Shown here one piece after another: positions 26,944 to 35,167 of a stretch of DNA of 47,600 nucleotides. A program made the translations under genes and the position numbers. The notes below the pieces were generated by a model that saw nothing but the letters and a program-made list of their open reading frames with translations, was not told where the DNA came from and searched no databases. The stretch's first letter is position 1; each line of letters starts with the position of its first letter. This DNA is from a virus: IMG/VR virus record IMGVR_UViG_3300045988_132551. The stretch is one strand, 5' to 3'.

Positions 26944-26955
26944 GTCGTTTTTATT
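26927..26955 (+). terminator. weak rho-independent terminator
   Basis: cgactt-taaaat-aagtcg followed by ttttta. Confidence 0.45.
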
Positions 26956-27063
26956 GTATAATTTGAATGAGGTGAGTTTATATGATAAAAAAAAATCAAG
27001 ATTTACGCTGATAAAAGCGTTTATCCTTCAGATTTAATTATTGGCAACGAAGGCGAAAAAGGT

Positions 27064-27300
27064 GTGAATACTTTAAATTTCGATATAGAAACAAATATCC
27101 CATCTATGAAATGGTATTTAATTTTTGATAATAAAGCTTATCCTATCAATAATAACAAATTAGTAGTCAATGAAACTATGACAATTAAAGGAGCACATAT
27201 TTGTTATGTTGTTGGTAGCGATGCTAGACCAGGCCAAAAAATCAATGAAGGAACATTATATTTTAGAACAAATAAAATTATTATGAGAGTAGGTGAATAG
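27064..27300 (+). CDS. hypothetical protein of the second fibre module (likely begins at ATG 26982; frame broken in an A9 run)
   Basis: The frame is open from 26989. ATG 26982 has SD gaggtgag. Reading the run as A8 gives MIKKIKIYADKSVYPSDLIIGNEGEKGVNTLNF... Confidence 0.5.
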   Translation: MNTLNFDIETNIPSMKWYLIFDNKAYPINNNKLVVNETMTIKGAHICYVVGSDARPGQKINEGTLYFRTNKIIMRVGE

Positions 27301-27302
27301 AC

Positions 27303-28547
27303 ATGGATTTAGATAATATTGTTGTACCAGATGATATTTCGGTACAAAGTAATGAAGAAAGAATTGTAATTGACCCAATTACAAGGGTTATCAATATTCC
27401 AGGAGATTATATAATCGGTGTTGAAAGTGATGAAAAATCAGATAGAATGTATTTTCAATGTCCTAAAATTGTAGGTGACAATGTAGATTTAAGCAAATTG
27501 AAACTATATGTCAATTTTGAAAATGCAAATAAAGAAAGAGATAATTATTTTGTTGATGATGTTACTGTAAATGAAGGAAATATTTTATTCTCATGGTTAT
27601 TCAGTAGAAAAGTAACAAAATACAAGGGTGATGTTAAATTCATTGTATGTGCTAAAAAATCAGAAGATAATCTTACATTAGAATGGAATACTACGGTAGC
27701 TAAAGGACTTTCATTAGAAGGTATCGAAGTCGAATTAAGTGACGAAGAACAATCAATTGCTAGTGATTATTTAATTCAATTAGAAAAAGAATTATCGGCA
27801 TTGGCTGAAACCGAAAATAACAGATTACTTACTACCTCAAGTAATCAAATCACAAACATCACAAATAAAGGCTCTGAACAAGTCCAATTAGTGGAAAATA
27901 CAGCCAAAAAAGCTTTAGATAGTATTCCATCTACTTATACAGATTTACAAAAACAAGTTAATGAAGTAGAAGACCGTGAGTTAAAGGATGCAAATGGTAT
28001 TACTCAAGAATTGACTATTACGGATGGTTATGTTCAATTAACAGATACTGCTACGAAAAGATTGGATAGTTTAGTTATTAAAGGCAACACCGTTCAAAAT
28101 AGTACTAAAGGGCTTAACTTGATTAATTGCACTCCTAAAACGGCTACTATAAATGGTATTACTATGGTTAATAATGGTGATGGTACTTATACTGTAAATG
28201 GTACAGCTACGGATGATTTTGATATCGCTCTTGCGCCATATACAACAAAACAAAATATTTATTATACTTTAAGTGGTTGTCCTTCTGGCGGGTCAAAAAC
28301 TACCTATTATTTAAACCCACGTGGATATGATTATGATACGGGCAGAGGAATTACTATTATAAATCAAAATGAAGATTTTAGTAATTATATTAGAATTGTA
28401 ATTAAGAAAGATGTAACTGTAAATAACTTGTTATTTAAACCAATGTTCAATGAGGGCAAACAGCTCAACCATTCGAACCATATACAGGTGGTAAACCTTC
28501 ACCTAATCCTGAATATCCACAAGAAATTAAAGCGGTTAATAAATTGA
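27303..28547 (+). CDS. tail fibre / receptor-binding protein, N-terminal segment (frame breaks near 28454)
   Basis: The last about 30 residues of this ORF look like out-of-frame sequence. The -1 frame continues with a recognisable fibre motif. Confidence 0.6.
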   Translation: MDLDNIVVPDDISVQSNEERIVIDPITRVINIPGDYIIGVESDEKSDRMYFQCPKIVGDNVDLSKLKLYVNFENANKERDNYFVDDVTVNEGNILFSWLFSRKVTKYKGDVKFIVCAKKSEDNLTLEWNTTVAKGLSLEGIEVELSDEEQSIASDYLIQLEKELSALAETENNRLLTTSSNQITNITNKGSEQVQLVENTAKKALDSIPSTYTDLQKQVNEVEDRELKDANGITQELTITDGYVQLTDTATKRLDSLVIKGNTVQNSTKGLNLINCTPKTATINGITMVNNGDGTYTVNGTATDDFDIALAPYTTKQNIYYTLSGCPSGGSKTTYYLNPRGYDYDTGRGITIINQNEDFSNYIRIVIKKDVTVNNLLFKPMFNEGKQLNHSNHIQVVNLHLILNIHKKLKRLIN

Positions 28548-29476
28548 GTGGAGTTATGTGTGGAAAAAATTTATTTAATTACAATACTTATATAAAAAAT
28601 AATAAACAATTAAAAATTATCATCAAAGGTGGAAAGACATTGTTTAGAAACAATAGTATTTCTAGTGGATTAAATTATAAAATATATGATATAAATAACA
28701 ATATTTTGGGGACTTTTATCAGTTTAAATTTTACAGCGACAAATCCGTTAAAATTACCAACAAATGCATCATATATTGAGATAAAATCTGATAATCCTTT
28801 TAGAAATTTATATATTGGGTATAGTTCAAACACCACTTATGAACCTTATATTGGTAGTATTTTAAATTACACTCTTCAAAATCCTCTTTATAAAATTGGT
28901 GATGTATATGATTACATTGATTTTAACAGGGGCAAGATTGTAAGAAATATAGGTGTAATAACTTTTGATGGAAGTGATGATGAAAATTGGACAATATATG
29001 GTAATAATACAAATATGAGTGGCTATACGATAAATATCAGTAATGCAATAGATACTACTCCATGTATTTGCAATAAACTTTTAACCACAGATGCTATTTC
29101 TACTACATTGGAAGAAGCAATAAAAGTTTTAGATAACGCTATGCATGTTGTATTAAATAAAATAAGAGGTCTAAATACTACTGAGCTATTTAAAAGTTGG
29201 CTTCAATCAAACCCAATAACAGTTTATTATCAACTTTCAACACCAACTGAAGAAGATATTCCAACTGAACTTTTAACTCAATTAAAACAATTACAAACAT
29301 ACTCAGGTGAAACAAATATTTCATTTGAAGCAAGTGATGTCTACCCTACTATTGACCTAGAATATATTAAAGATACTAAAAAATATATTGAAAGTAAAGA
29401 AGAACTTGACAATCAAAGCATCATTGATATTGATTATAGAGTTACTTGTTTAGAATTAGATATGGAGGAACAATAA
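28544..29476 (+). CDS. tail fibre / receptor-binding protein, C-terminal segment (frame open from 28454)
   Basis: The frame reads GQTAQPFEPYTGGKPSPNPEYPQEIKAVNKLSGVMCGKNLFNY.. The P.P.YPQEI ... GKNLF motif is common in Firmicutes phage fibre proteins. Confidence 0.6.
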   Translation: MSGVMCGKNLFNYNTYIKNNKQLKIIIKGGKTLFRNNSISSGLNYKIYDINNNILGTFISLNFTATNPLKLPTNASYIEIKSDNPFRNLYIGYSSNTTYEPYIGSILNYTLQNPLYKIGDVYDYIDFNRGKIVRNIGVITFDGSDDENWTIYGNNTNMSGYTINISNAIDTTPCICNKLLTTDAISTTLEEAIKVLDNAMHVVLNKIRGLNTTELFKSWLQSNPITVYYQLSTPTEEDIPTELLTQLKQLQTYSGETNISFEASDVYPTIDLEYIKDTKKYIESKEELDNQSIIDIDYRVTCLELDMEEQ

Positions 29477-29477
29477 T

Positions 29478-29672
29478 ATGACTATTTATGAAAGATTGAA
29501 AAAAGGAATTAATTCTAAAATTAATAAGGGTTTATTAGATGATGCTTATGTTGAAAAAACTAAAAATCAATTAGATATTTTCTTCTATAGCGACCGCATC
29601 ACACAGGAACAATATAAAGAATTAATGGACTTAATTAATTCACATTTAAAAATAAACATTAAAAGAGCTTAA
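29478..29672 (+). CDS. hypothetical protein (fibre-module accessory)
   Basis: Coupled ORF with SD atggagga. Confidence 0.55.
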   Translation: MTIYERLKKGINSKINKGLLDDAYVEKTKNQLDIFFYSDRITQEQYKELMDLINSHLKINIKRA

Positions 29673-29761
29673 AAAACTCTTTTTATTTTAGAAATGATAC
29701 TAAAAAGATACTACATTCCATTTTAAAAAGTGTTATATTAATAGTCGAGGAGGGGATGAAC

Positions 29762-30235
29762 ATGAATAATTATTATAATCCCATGCAATCTAGAGTTGAC
29801 TCGTTGATGCAACAAAAAGCTATGATTGAACAACAATTACAATCATTACAGCAAATGAATGTTCCCAACATTAATATCAACAACATCCCATCAAATCCTA
29901 CACCGTCAAATTTTGACTTCAATGGTAAATGGGTAGATGGAGAAGAACAAGCAAGAAATGTAGCAAATAACAATCTTCCATTGATATTGTTTGATAACAA
30001 CAATCCTGTTTTCTATATGAAAAATATGGATGGCGCTTTCAAGAAATTCAAATTTGAAGAAATCAAAGAAGAAAAAGTTGAAAATACAAACAACGAACGT
30101 ATGGATATGTTAGAAGCTAAAATGGACACCATTTTAAAGGCATTACAAGGCGAACCTCAACAAGTACAACAAAATGTACCTAGTGAACAAAAACCTCCTC
30201 AAAACGCAAGAAAAGGGGGTAAAACAAATGGCTAA
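29762..30235 (+). CDS. Q/N-rich hypothetical protein
   Basis: SD gaggagggg. The second ATG (29762) has better spacing. Confidence 0.6.
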   Translation: MNNYYNPMQSRVDSLMQQKAMIEQQLQSLQQMNVPNININNIPSNPTPSNFDFNGKWVDGEEQARNVANNNLPLILFDNNNPVFYMKNMDGAFKKFKFEEIKEEKVENTNNERMDMLEAKMDTILKALQGEPQQVQQNVPSEQKPPQNARKGGKTNG

Positions 30236-30476
30236 CCCTTTAAAGTCTTTCATGGGTGGAGGTACAAATCCATTAGGGGGTATGATGAACCCTCAAAATA
30301 TGCTCATGAATATGCTAAAACAGCGTAACCCTCAAATGTTCAGTCAAATAAATCAAATGATGAACAGTGGAGTCAATCCAAATGATTTCATGAAACAAAT
30401 GGGAGTTACACCTCAACAAATGGAAATGGCTAAACAACAGGCTAAAAAGATGTTCGGTAACAACATTAAATTTTAA
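30228..30476 (+). CDS. Met/Asn/Gln/Pro-rich low-complexity protein (82 aa)
   Basis: SD aaggggg before the ATG at 30228. Met-rich (16 of 82 residues by my count). Confidence 0.55.
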   Translation: MANPLKSFMGGGTNPLGGMMNPQNMLMNMLKQRNPQMFSQINQMMNSGVNPNDFMKQMGVTPQQMEMAKQQAKKMFGNNIKF

Positions 30477-30515
30477 TGTGGTTATAAATATATTATAGAA
30501 AAGGAGAGAGGTCTT

Positions 30516-31154
30516 ATGACAGATGCAGGAATGGGTATTCAACCTACTTACAATCTAGCTGAAAGAGACAATGATGGTTTCGGTAATGGTTTTGGTGCAT
30601 GGTTCTGGGTTATCCTAATCTTATTATTTTGTAATAATGGTTGGGGTAACAATAATATCGCTAATGACACATTGCTTGATGATGAATTCATTAAACGTGA
30701 TATTTTTAATACTAACCAAAACGTTTCTAACTCTGCTTGTCAAACTCAACGTGATGTATTGGAAAGTCGCTATACTACTCAATTAGGTATGCAAAACCTA
30801 CAAGCTGGTCAACAAGAATGTTGTTGCACAACTCAACGTGCGATTGACAACGTAGTAGCACAAGATTATAAAAACACTTGTGAAATTACTACAGCAATCC
30901 ATGCGGAAGGTGAAGCAACTAGAGCCTTAATCAATGCTAACACAATGCAAGAATTAAGAGATAGATTAGCCGATAGAGATAGAGATTTATTAACTGCTAA
31001 TTTCCAATTATCTCAACAAGCACAATCAGCTAACATTATCAGTACATTACAACCTACACCTAAGCCAGCATATCTTACTTGCTCACCATATTATGCTTAT
31101 AATAGCGGTGCTTGTTTCGGTAATGGTTGCGGATGCAATGGAACAACTTTATAA
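30516..31154 (+). CDS. membrane-anchored Gln/Cys-rich protein (YjcZ-like GFGNGFG + TM N-terminus)
   Basis: NDGFGNGFGAWFWVILILLFCNNGWG, an internal ECCC, and a C-terminal CFGNGCGCNG. Confidence 0.6.
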   Translation: MTDAGMGIQPTYNLAERDNDGFGNGFGAWFWVILILLFCNNGWGNNNIANDTLLDDEFIKRDIFNTNQNVSNSACQTQRDVLESRYTTQLGMQNLQAGQQECCCTTQRAIDNVVAQDYKNTCEITTAIHAEGEATRALINANTMQELRDRLADRDRDLLTANFQLSQQAQSANIISTLQPTPKPAYLTCSPYYAYNSGACFGNGCGCNGTTL

Positions 31155-31205
31155 TCTAGTCGCATGGCGATATTAGGTTTTATCAAACCTTTGGATTTAA
31201 ACATT

Positions 31206-31241
31206 AAAAAGAACGGTTCAAAGGAACTGTTCTTTTTATTT
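31206..31241 (+). terminator. rho-independent terminator
   Basis: agaacggttc-aaag-gaactgttct followed by ttttatttt. Confidence 0.8.
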
Positions 31242-31259
31242 TAGAAAGGAGAAAATTAT

Positions 31260-31679
31260 ATGATTAATAGTATTGGAGTGGCTAGTCAAACAGTAGCCGT
31301 AGGACAAAACGTATTATTCCCAACGGATAGAGTAAGAACACGTTCTTGTCAATGTGCTTGTAAAGGATGGTTGGCACATGATTTAGGAAGTGGTTTATTT
31401 ACTTTAACTAAACCAGGTATTTATGAGGTAGAATATAGTGCTAACATCACATCTGCTACACTAGGCGAAGCTTCATTAGATTTAGAACTAGATGGTGAAA
31501 TCATTGGTGGAACTAGAAGTATCTATACAGTAGCTACAGCGAGTGCATTAGGAAACGTAGATGGTAGTACATTAGTACAAGTACCATGTGGTGCTTCATA
31601 CGTTATTTCATTGGGAAATAATTCAGCTTTACCTTTAACTGTTCAAGACGCAAATATCATTATCAAGAAGATTGCATAA
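31260..31679 (+). CDS. BclA-C-terminal/C1q-TNF-like jelly-roll protein (tentative)
   Basis: Beta-rich pattern ..GIYEVEYSANITSA..ASLDLELDGEIIGG..YVISLGN..LTVQDANIIIKKI. Recollection only. Confidence 0.55.
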   Translation: MINSIGVASQTVAVGQNVLFPTDRVRTRSCQCACKGWLAHDLGSGLFTLTKPGIYEVEYSANITSATLGEASLDLELDGEIIGGTRSIYTVATASALGNVDGSTLVQVPCGASYVISLGNNSALPLTVQDANIIIKKIA

Positions 31680-31900
31680 TGAATGAAAATTTAGATTTTC
31701 TAGACGCTATCACTCTTGCTTCTTTTATTCTTCAAGTACAAAACAATGATGAACTTCATAAACAAGCAAGTAATGATGAAGTCATAGAAAATCTTCATAA
31801 TGATATTATGTCTTTAATGATTGAAAACAGACAGTTATCTAAAAAGATAATAGAACAGAACGAAGAAATCATTAAATTGTTGAAGGAGGGTAAATTATGA
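31679..31900 (+). CDS. small coiled-coil protein
   Basis: Coupled ORF. Confidence 0.55.
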   Translation: MNENLDFLDAITLASFILQVQNNDELHKQASNDEVIENLHNDIMSLMIENRQLSKKIIEQNEEIIKLLKEGKL

Positions 31901-32361
31901 GTATGAAACATATGTATCAACAAGCAATGAACCATCCAGAAGTAATTGAAAAAATGATGGAGGACTTTGATATTGTCATGGATATTATCAAAGTGGAACA
32001 CCCAGAGCGTTATCGAGATATTAAAACAAATCTTTATATTTTAGTAAATGGGTATCATTTTGACGAGGACACATTGAATGACATTTATGAAGATATGGTA
32101 AATGATGATGGCTCAAGAGTTCCTAAATGGAGTGTAGAAGAAACAAACTCGGTAGCACGTAGTAATGGTATCTCTTTTAGGGACTTCAACGAATACGATT
32201 GGAATTATGCCATGAATATGATATATAGTGATTATTGCGAAGTGCTAGGAGATAACGTAACATCCTATGTCCGTATGGCGCACAAGTTCTTGAACGATAA
32301 AGATGCCCCAGATGGCAAAGCTTTAAGATACGCAATGTGCATGAAAAAAGACTACAAATAA
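31897..32361 (+). CDS. hypothetical protein
   Basis: SD aaggaggg. Last plus-strand gene before the convergent terminators. Confidence 0.6.
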   Translation: MSMKHMYQQAMNHPEVIEKMMEDFDIVMDIIKVEHPERYRDIKTNLYILVNGYHFDEDTLNDIYEDMVNDDGSRVPKWSVEETNSVARSNGISFRDFNEYDWNYAMNMIYSDYCEVLGDNVTSYVRMAHKFLNDKDAPDGKALRYAMCMKKDYK

Positions 32362-32375
32362 ATGTAGTCTTTTTG
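32345..32375 (+). terminator. rho-independent terminator
   Basis: agactaca-aataaa-tgtagtct followed by tttt. The stop codon lies in the loop. Confidence 0.75.
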
Positions 32376-32407
32376 CATATTCGCAACCAAAATGTTTTAA
32401 CGGAGAA

Positions 32408-32435
32408 GTGAGAGGTGATGGGTGGAACCTCTCAC
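32408..32435 (-). terminator. hairpin between convergent operons (probable terminator of the early arm)
   Basis: gtgagaggt / acctctcac, a 9-bp stem. The U-tract is poor. Confidence 0.4.
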
Positions 32436-32445
32436 ATATATTATT

Positions 32446-32784
32446 CTAACATACATATTTATTGTTGTAAACATTATTTAGCAATTTTTTTATTTGTTCA
32501 AAATCATTTGTAATGATTGCTATTCCACCTGCATTATTAATCTTTCTACATTCAATTTCCTGTTGTTTACTTGGTCGTCCTGTTCCATCTTCTCTTTTAA
32601 GTTCTAAACCTATCAATCTTCCATTGATACACACTAGTATATCTGGTACTCCGCTTCTTTGTGAAGCGTTACCACCGACATTTAAAAACCACGCTTTTTC
32701 TTTAAACGTGGTTTTAATATATGTTTCAACCTTCTTGACTAGGTTTGACTCTAAAGGCGACCTATTAAAGGTCATCTTCTTCAT
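32446..32784 (-). CDS. VRR-NUC domain nuclease
   Basis: GVPDILVCINGRLIGLELK....SKQQEIECRKINNAGG fits the PD-(D/E)xK VRR-NUC pattern. Confidence 0.65.
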   Translation of the reverse strand: MKKMTFNRSPLESNLVKKVETYIKTTFKEKAWFLNVGGNASQRSGVPDILVCINGRLIGLELKREDGTGRPSKQQEIECRKINNAGGIAIITNDFEQIKKLLNNVYNNKYVC

Positions 32785-33205
32785 CTTCTACTTCCTCAAC
32801 AGTTTCTTCATCTGCTAATCTAACAATTTTTTTAATGTTGGCATAAACATATCCGTTTTCATTATCTTTAGGGTCTGAATGTTTGACTTCACACACTAAA
32901 TTTTTGCCTACTAATTTTGGTAAATCTTTAGATAATGAGAAGTCTTCTAAAGAACTGTCTCCTAAAGCTGTTCTTGCTAAAATTGAGAACAATACTAAAC
33001 CAATAGGATTTTTATCTGTTTTCTTTAATTTTTTATTTAAGTCATAAGTTTGTTTGATTGTTCCACCGTTTGCATGAGTGAATACTACTTCGATTTTAGA
33101 TGGTTTTGCTTTAGGCATTGCCTTTGCACTTGTAATTCCTAAAACTACATCTTCTCCTGCAGGTACTAATGTAAAACTACTGTCTACTAATTGAATTGTG
33201 TCCAT
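32765..33205 (-). CDS. SSB-like / DUF669-like protein with an acidic tail
   Basis: Lies beside the exonuclease and annealase genes. C-terminus EETVEEVEDEEDDL. Confidence 0.4.
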   Translation of the reverse strand: MDTIQLVDSSFTLVPAGEDVVLGITSAKAMPKAKPSKIEVVFTHANGGTIKQTYDLNKKLKKTDKNPIGLVLFSILARTALGDSSLEDFSLSKDLPKLVGKNLVCEVKHSDPKDNENGYVYANIKKIVRLADEETVEEVEDEEDDL

Positions 33206-33225
33206 AATCTCTAATCTCTCTTTCT

Positions 33226-34335
33226 CTATTTTTTCTTTCTCAATGTTAATGTTTCTTTTGTTGATTTAATTTCATACTTGTCTAATACTCCGTCAAGTTC
33301 CATTGCTTCAACATCATAAGAAACAACTTCTTTAACTGTTTTAGATAATGTATAGTTACCTAAAACTGCTTTTGTATCGTTATCTCCCATTTGTGAAGAC
33401 AACTGTTCTTTGATACCCTTTTCACAAGCTTCTAATTGTTTTTCTAAATCCGCTAAACCTGTTTCTTTTTTAATGGTATCTATTTTAGCGATAAGTTCAT
33501 TAGCTTTAGCAACCAAATCGTTATCGTCTAAATCATTTTGAGGTTTTGAAGTTCTTAAAATATCTAAATATTCTTTGTCCTTCACTTCATCAAATACAGG
33601 ACTGAAACCTGTCTTGATATGTTCATCATACCACTTATTGGCTAATTCAATCAAGCCTTTAATGTTATAATGGTTTTTAGGAATTTTATCCCCTTTTTCT
33701 AAAACAACGATTTCCCCATCTGTAATGTCAATATAAGTTTTATTCACATCATATGTGAATATTTGTGTATTCGTATCATCTACTACAAAGTTTTGAGGAT
33801 TGTTATAATCGTTATCCTCTAAGAAAGAAACAATTAAATGAACCCTTTTAGCACCTTCCAAATAAGCATATTCTAATGCTTGACATAAGTAATAAACAGG
33901 CGGATGGTCTACCCAATCCTCTGCACGTTTGGTAGTCTTGTATTCAAAAATATCTGATACCTTACCGCTAGGACGAACAAGTTTACTATCCCACATACCA
34001 CCATAGATTTTTTCATTAGGATAGAAGTCATATTTGACCTCACTATATCTGTTACCGAAAAATTCTTCTGGTGATAATACGTTTTCACTAATTTGTTCTT
34101 TACTCCATTTAATTTGTTTTGGTTCAATAGCTTTACCAGCTAAAGTATAAATCGTATCTTCAAATGGAGGTCTAGCACATTTAGTAATTTCACACCACAT
34201 TTGAAATGGAGTGCTCCATTTATTCAATCCTAAAATTCCTGCTAGACGAGTACCTGTAACTTTTAATTTACTTCTTGGTTCTCCATCTACTAAAATAATT
34301 CTTTTCCCATCTTCACTGTATTTCCAATCTAACAT
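33226..34335 (-). CDS. YqaJ/lambda-exonuclease-like recombination exonuclease
   Basis: TGTRLAGILGLNKWSTPFQMWCEI is the YqaJ N-terminal signature. ATG 34335 has SD GAGAGGAG. The ORF-track start 34407 overlaps the upstream gene. Confidence 0.65.
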   Translation of the reverse strand: MLDWKYSEDGKRIILVDGEPRSKLKVTGTRLAGILGLNKWSTPFQMWCEITKCARPPFEDTIYTLAGKAIEPKQIKWSKEQISENVLSPEEFFGNRYSEVKYDFYPNEKIYGGMWDSKLVRPSGKVSDIFEYKTTKRAEDWVDHPPVYYLCQALEYAYLEGAKRVHLIVSFLEDNDYNNPQNFVVDDTNTQIFTYDVNKTYIDITDGEIVVLEKGDKIPKNHYNIKGLIELANKWYDEHIKTGFSPVFDEVKDKEYLDILRTSKPQNDLDDNDLVAKANELIAKIDTIKKETGLADLEKQLEACEKGIKEQLSSQMGDNDTKAVLGNYTLSKTVKEVVSYDVEAMELDGVLDKYEIKSTKETLTLRKKK

Positions 34336-34399
34336 TTTTATTCTCCTCTCATTGGTTGACTTACAAATAATCTTCTCATAATCATTTGAGAGTTGGGGT

Positions 34400-35167
34400 T
34401 TATTCAACCCCTAACTCGTCCGCCTTTTCTTCAATCTTTGTCATCATAGAAACTGCTTTTGTTTTAGTTAAAGCCATTTCGCCTTTTTTGAATTTTTCAA
34501 GGTTAGTTAAAGTTTTTTCGCCATATCCTGGTTTCTTTTCTTGACATTTCTTAATCAAGTCAATCATTTCATCTACATAAGCCATTGTCGGTTGGTCGTT
34601 GTTTACGACTTCTTGTTTAGCTTCTTCTCTTTCTTCTTTAGTTGGAGGAGGTGTAGGTTTAGATTTTTTAGGTTCATCCTTTGTTACATTTAAAGGTTTT
34701 TCTTCCGCTTTTCTATCTTCTTTAGCTGACTCTGGGTCGATTTCATCTTGTGTTTCTGGTAACAAGAAGTTATTTAACACAAAGTATTTGATAGCCATTG
34801 TTTCAGCTTTATAAATACCTTTATCTAAATTATCACTGCCTTCTGCAATAATTGGATAGTCTTCAAACTCACCTGTATCTGGGTCAATTAAACTCATATT
34901 TCCTTGAATAGTAATCAAGTTCATATTTTTAGTTTTTTCAAGAGGTGTGAATAATCTATTTACAATAGATAATTTGTAAATCAATCCAACTTCTCTACAT
35001 CCTTGTCCTAATACTTTACGATAGTAAGATGACTTGATGTATTCATATCCTTGTGCATCATTGTACCCATCTGTAATGTAAGGTTGTTTTGCTAAATATA
35101 GACCTAAATCAAAAATCTTTTTGTATAGAGCTGGTCTTGGCTCTAATTTTGTTTTAGCTACTGCCAT
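34400..35167 (-). CDS. ERF-like single-strand annealing protein (possible independent product from an internal ATG)
   Basis: Internal AAAGGAG-N10-ATG (MAVAKTK..) lies just downstream of the A8 run at 35193-35200. Confidence 0.45.
   Translation of the reverse strand: MAVAKTKLEPRPALYKKIFDLGLYLAKQPYITDGYNDAQGYEYIKSSYYRKVLGQGCREVGLIYKLSIVNRLFTPLEKTKNMNLITIQGNMSLIDPDTGEFEDYPIIAEGSDNLDKGIYKAETMAIKYFVLNNFLLPETQDEIDPESAKEDRKAEEKPLNVTKDEPKKSKPTPPPTKEEREEAKQEVVNNDQPTMAYVDEMIDLIKKCQEKKPGYGEKTLTNLEKFKKGEMALTKTKAVSMMTKIEEKADELGVE

Noticed and set aside
25809-28456. Idea that the expanded-loop tRNA-like RNAs decode quadruplet or quintuplet codons to repair the frame breaks at 25809, 26987 and 28454
   Set aside because: Only one site fits. 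GUUU at 25808-25811 is complementary to AAAC in the 11-nt loop of tRNA-like 2. The possible shift codons at the A9 site (AAAA, AAUC, CAAG, GAUU, UUAC, CGCU) and at the GGG site (GAGGG) have no complement in either loop. A 4-mer match in an 11-nt loop is expected by chance at a few per cent. Homopolymer error or slippage is the simpler explanation. I keep it only as a remote possibility.
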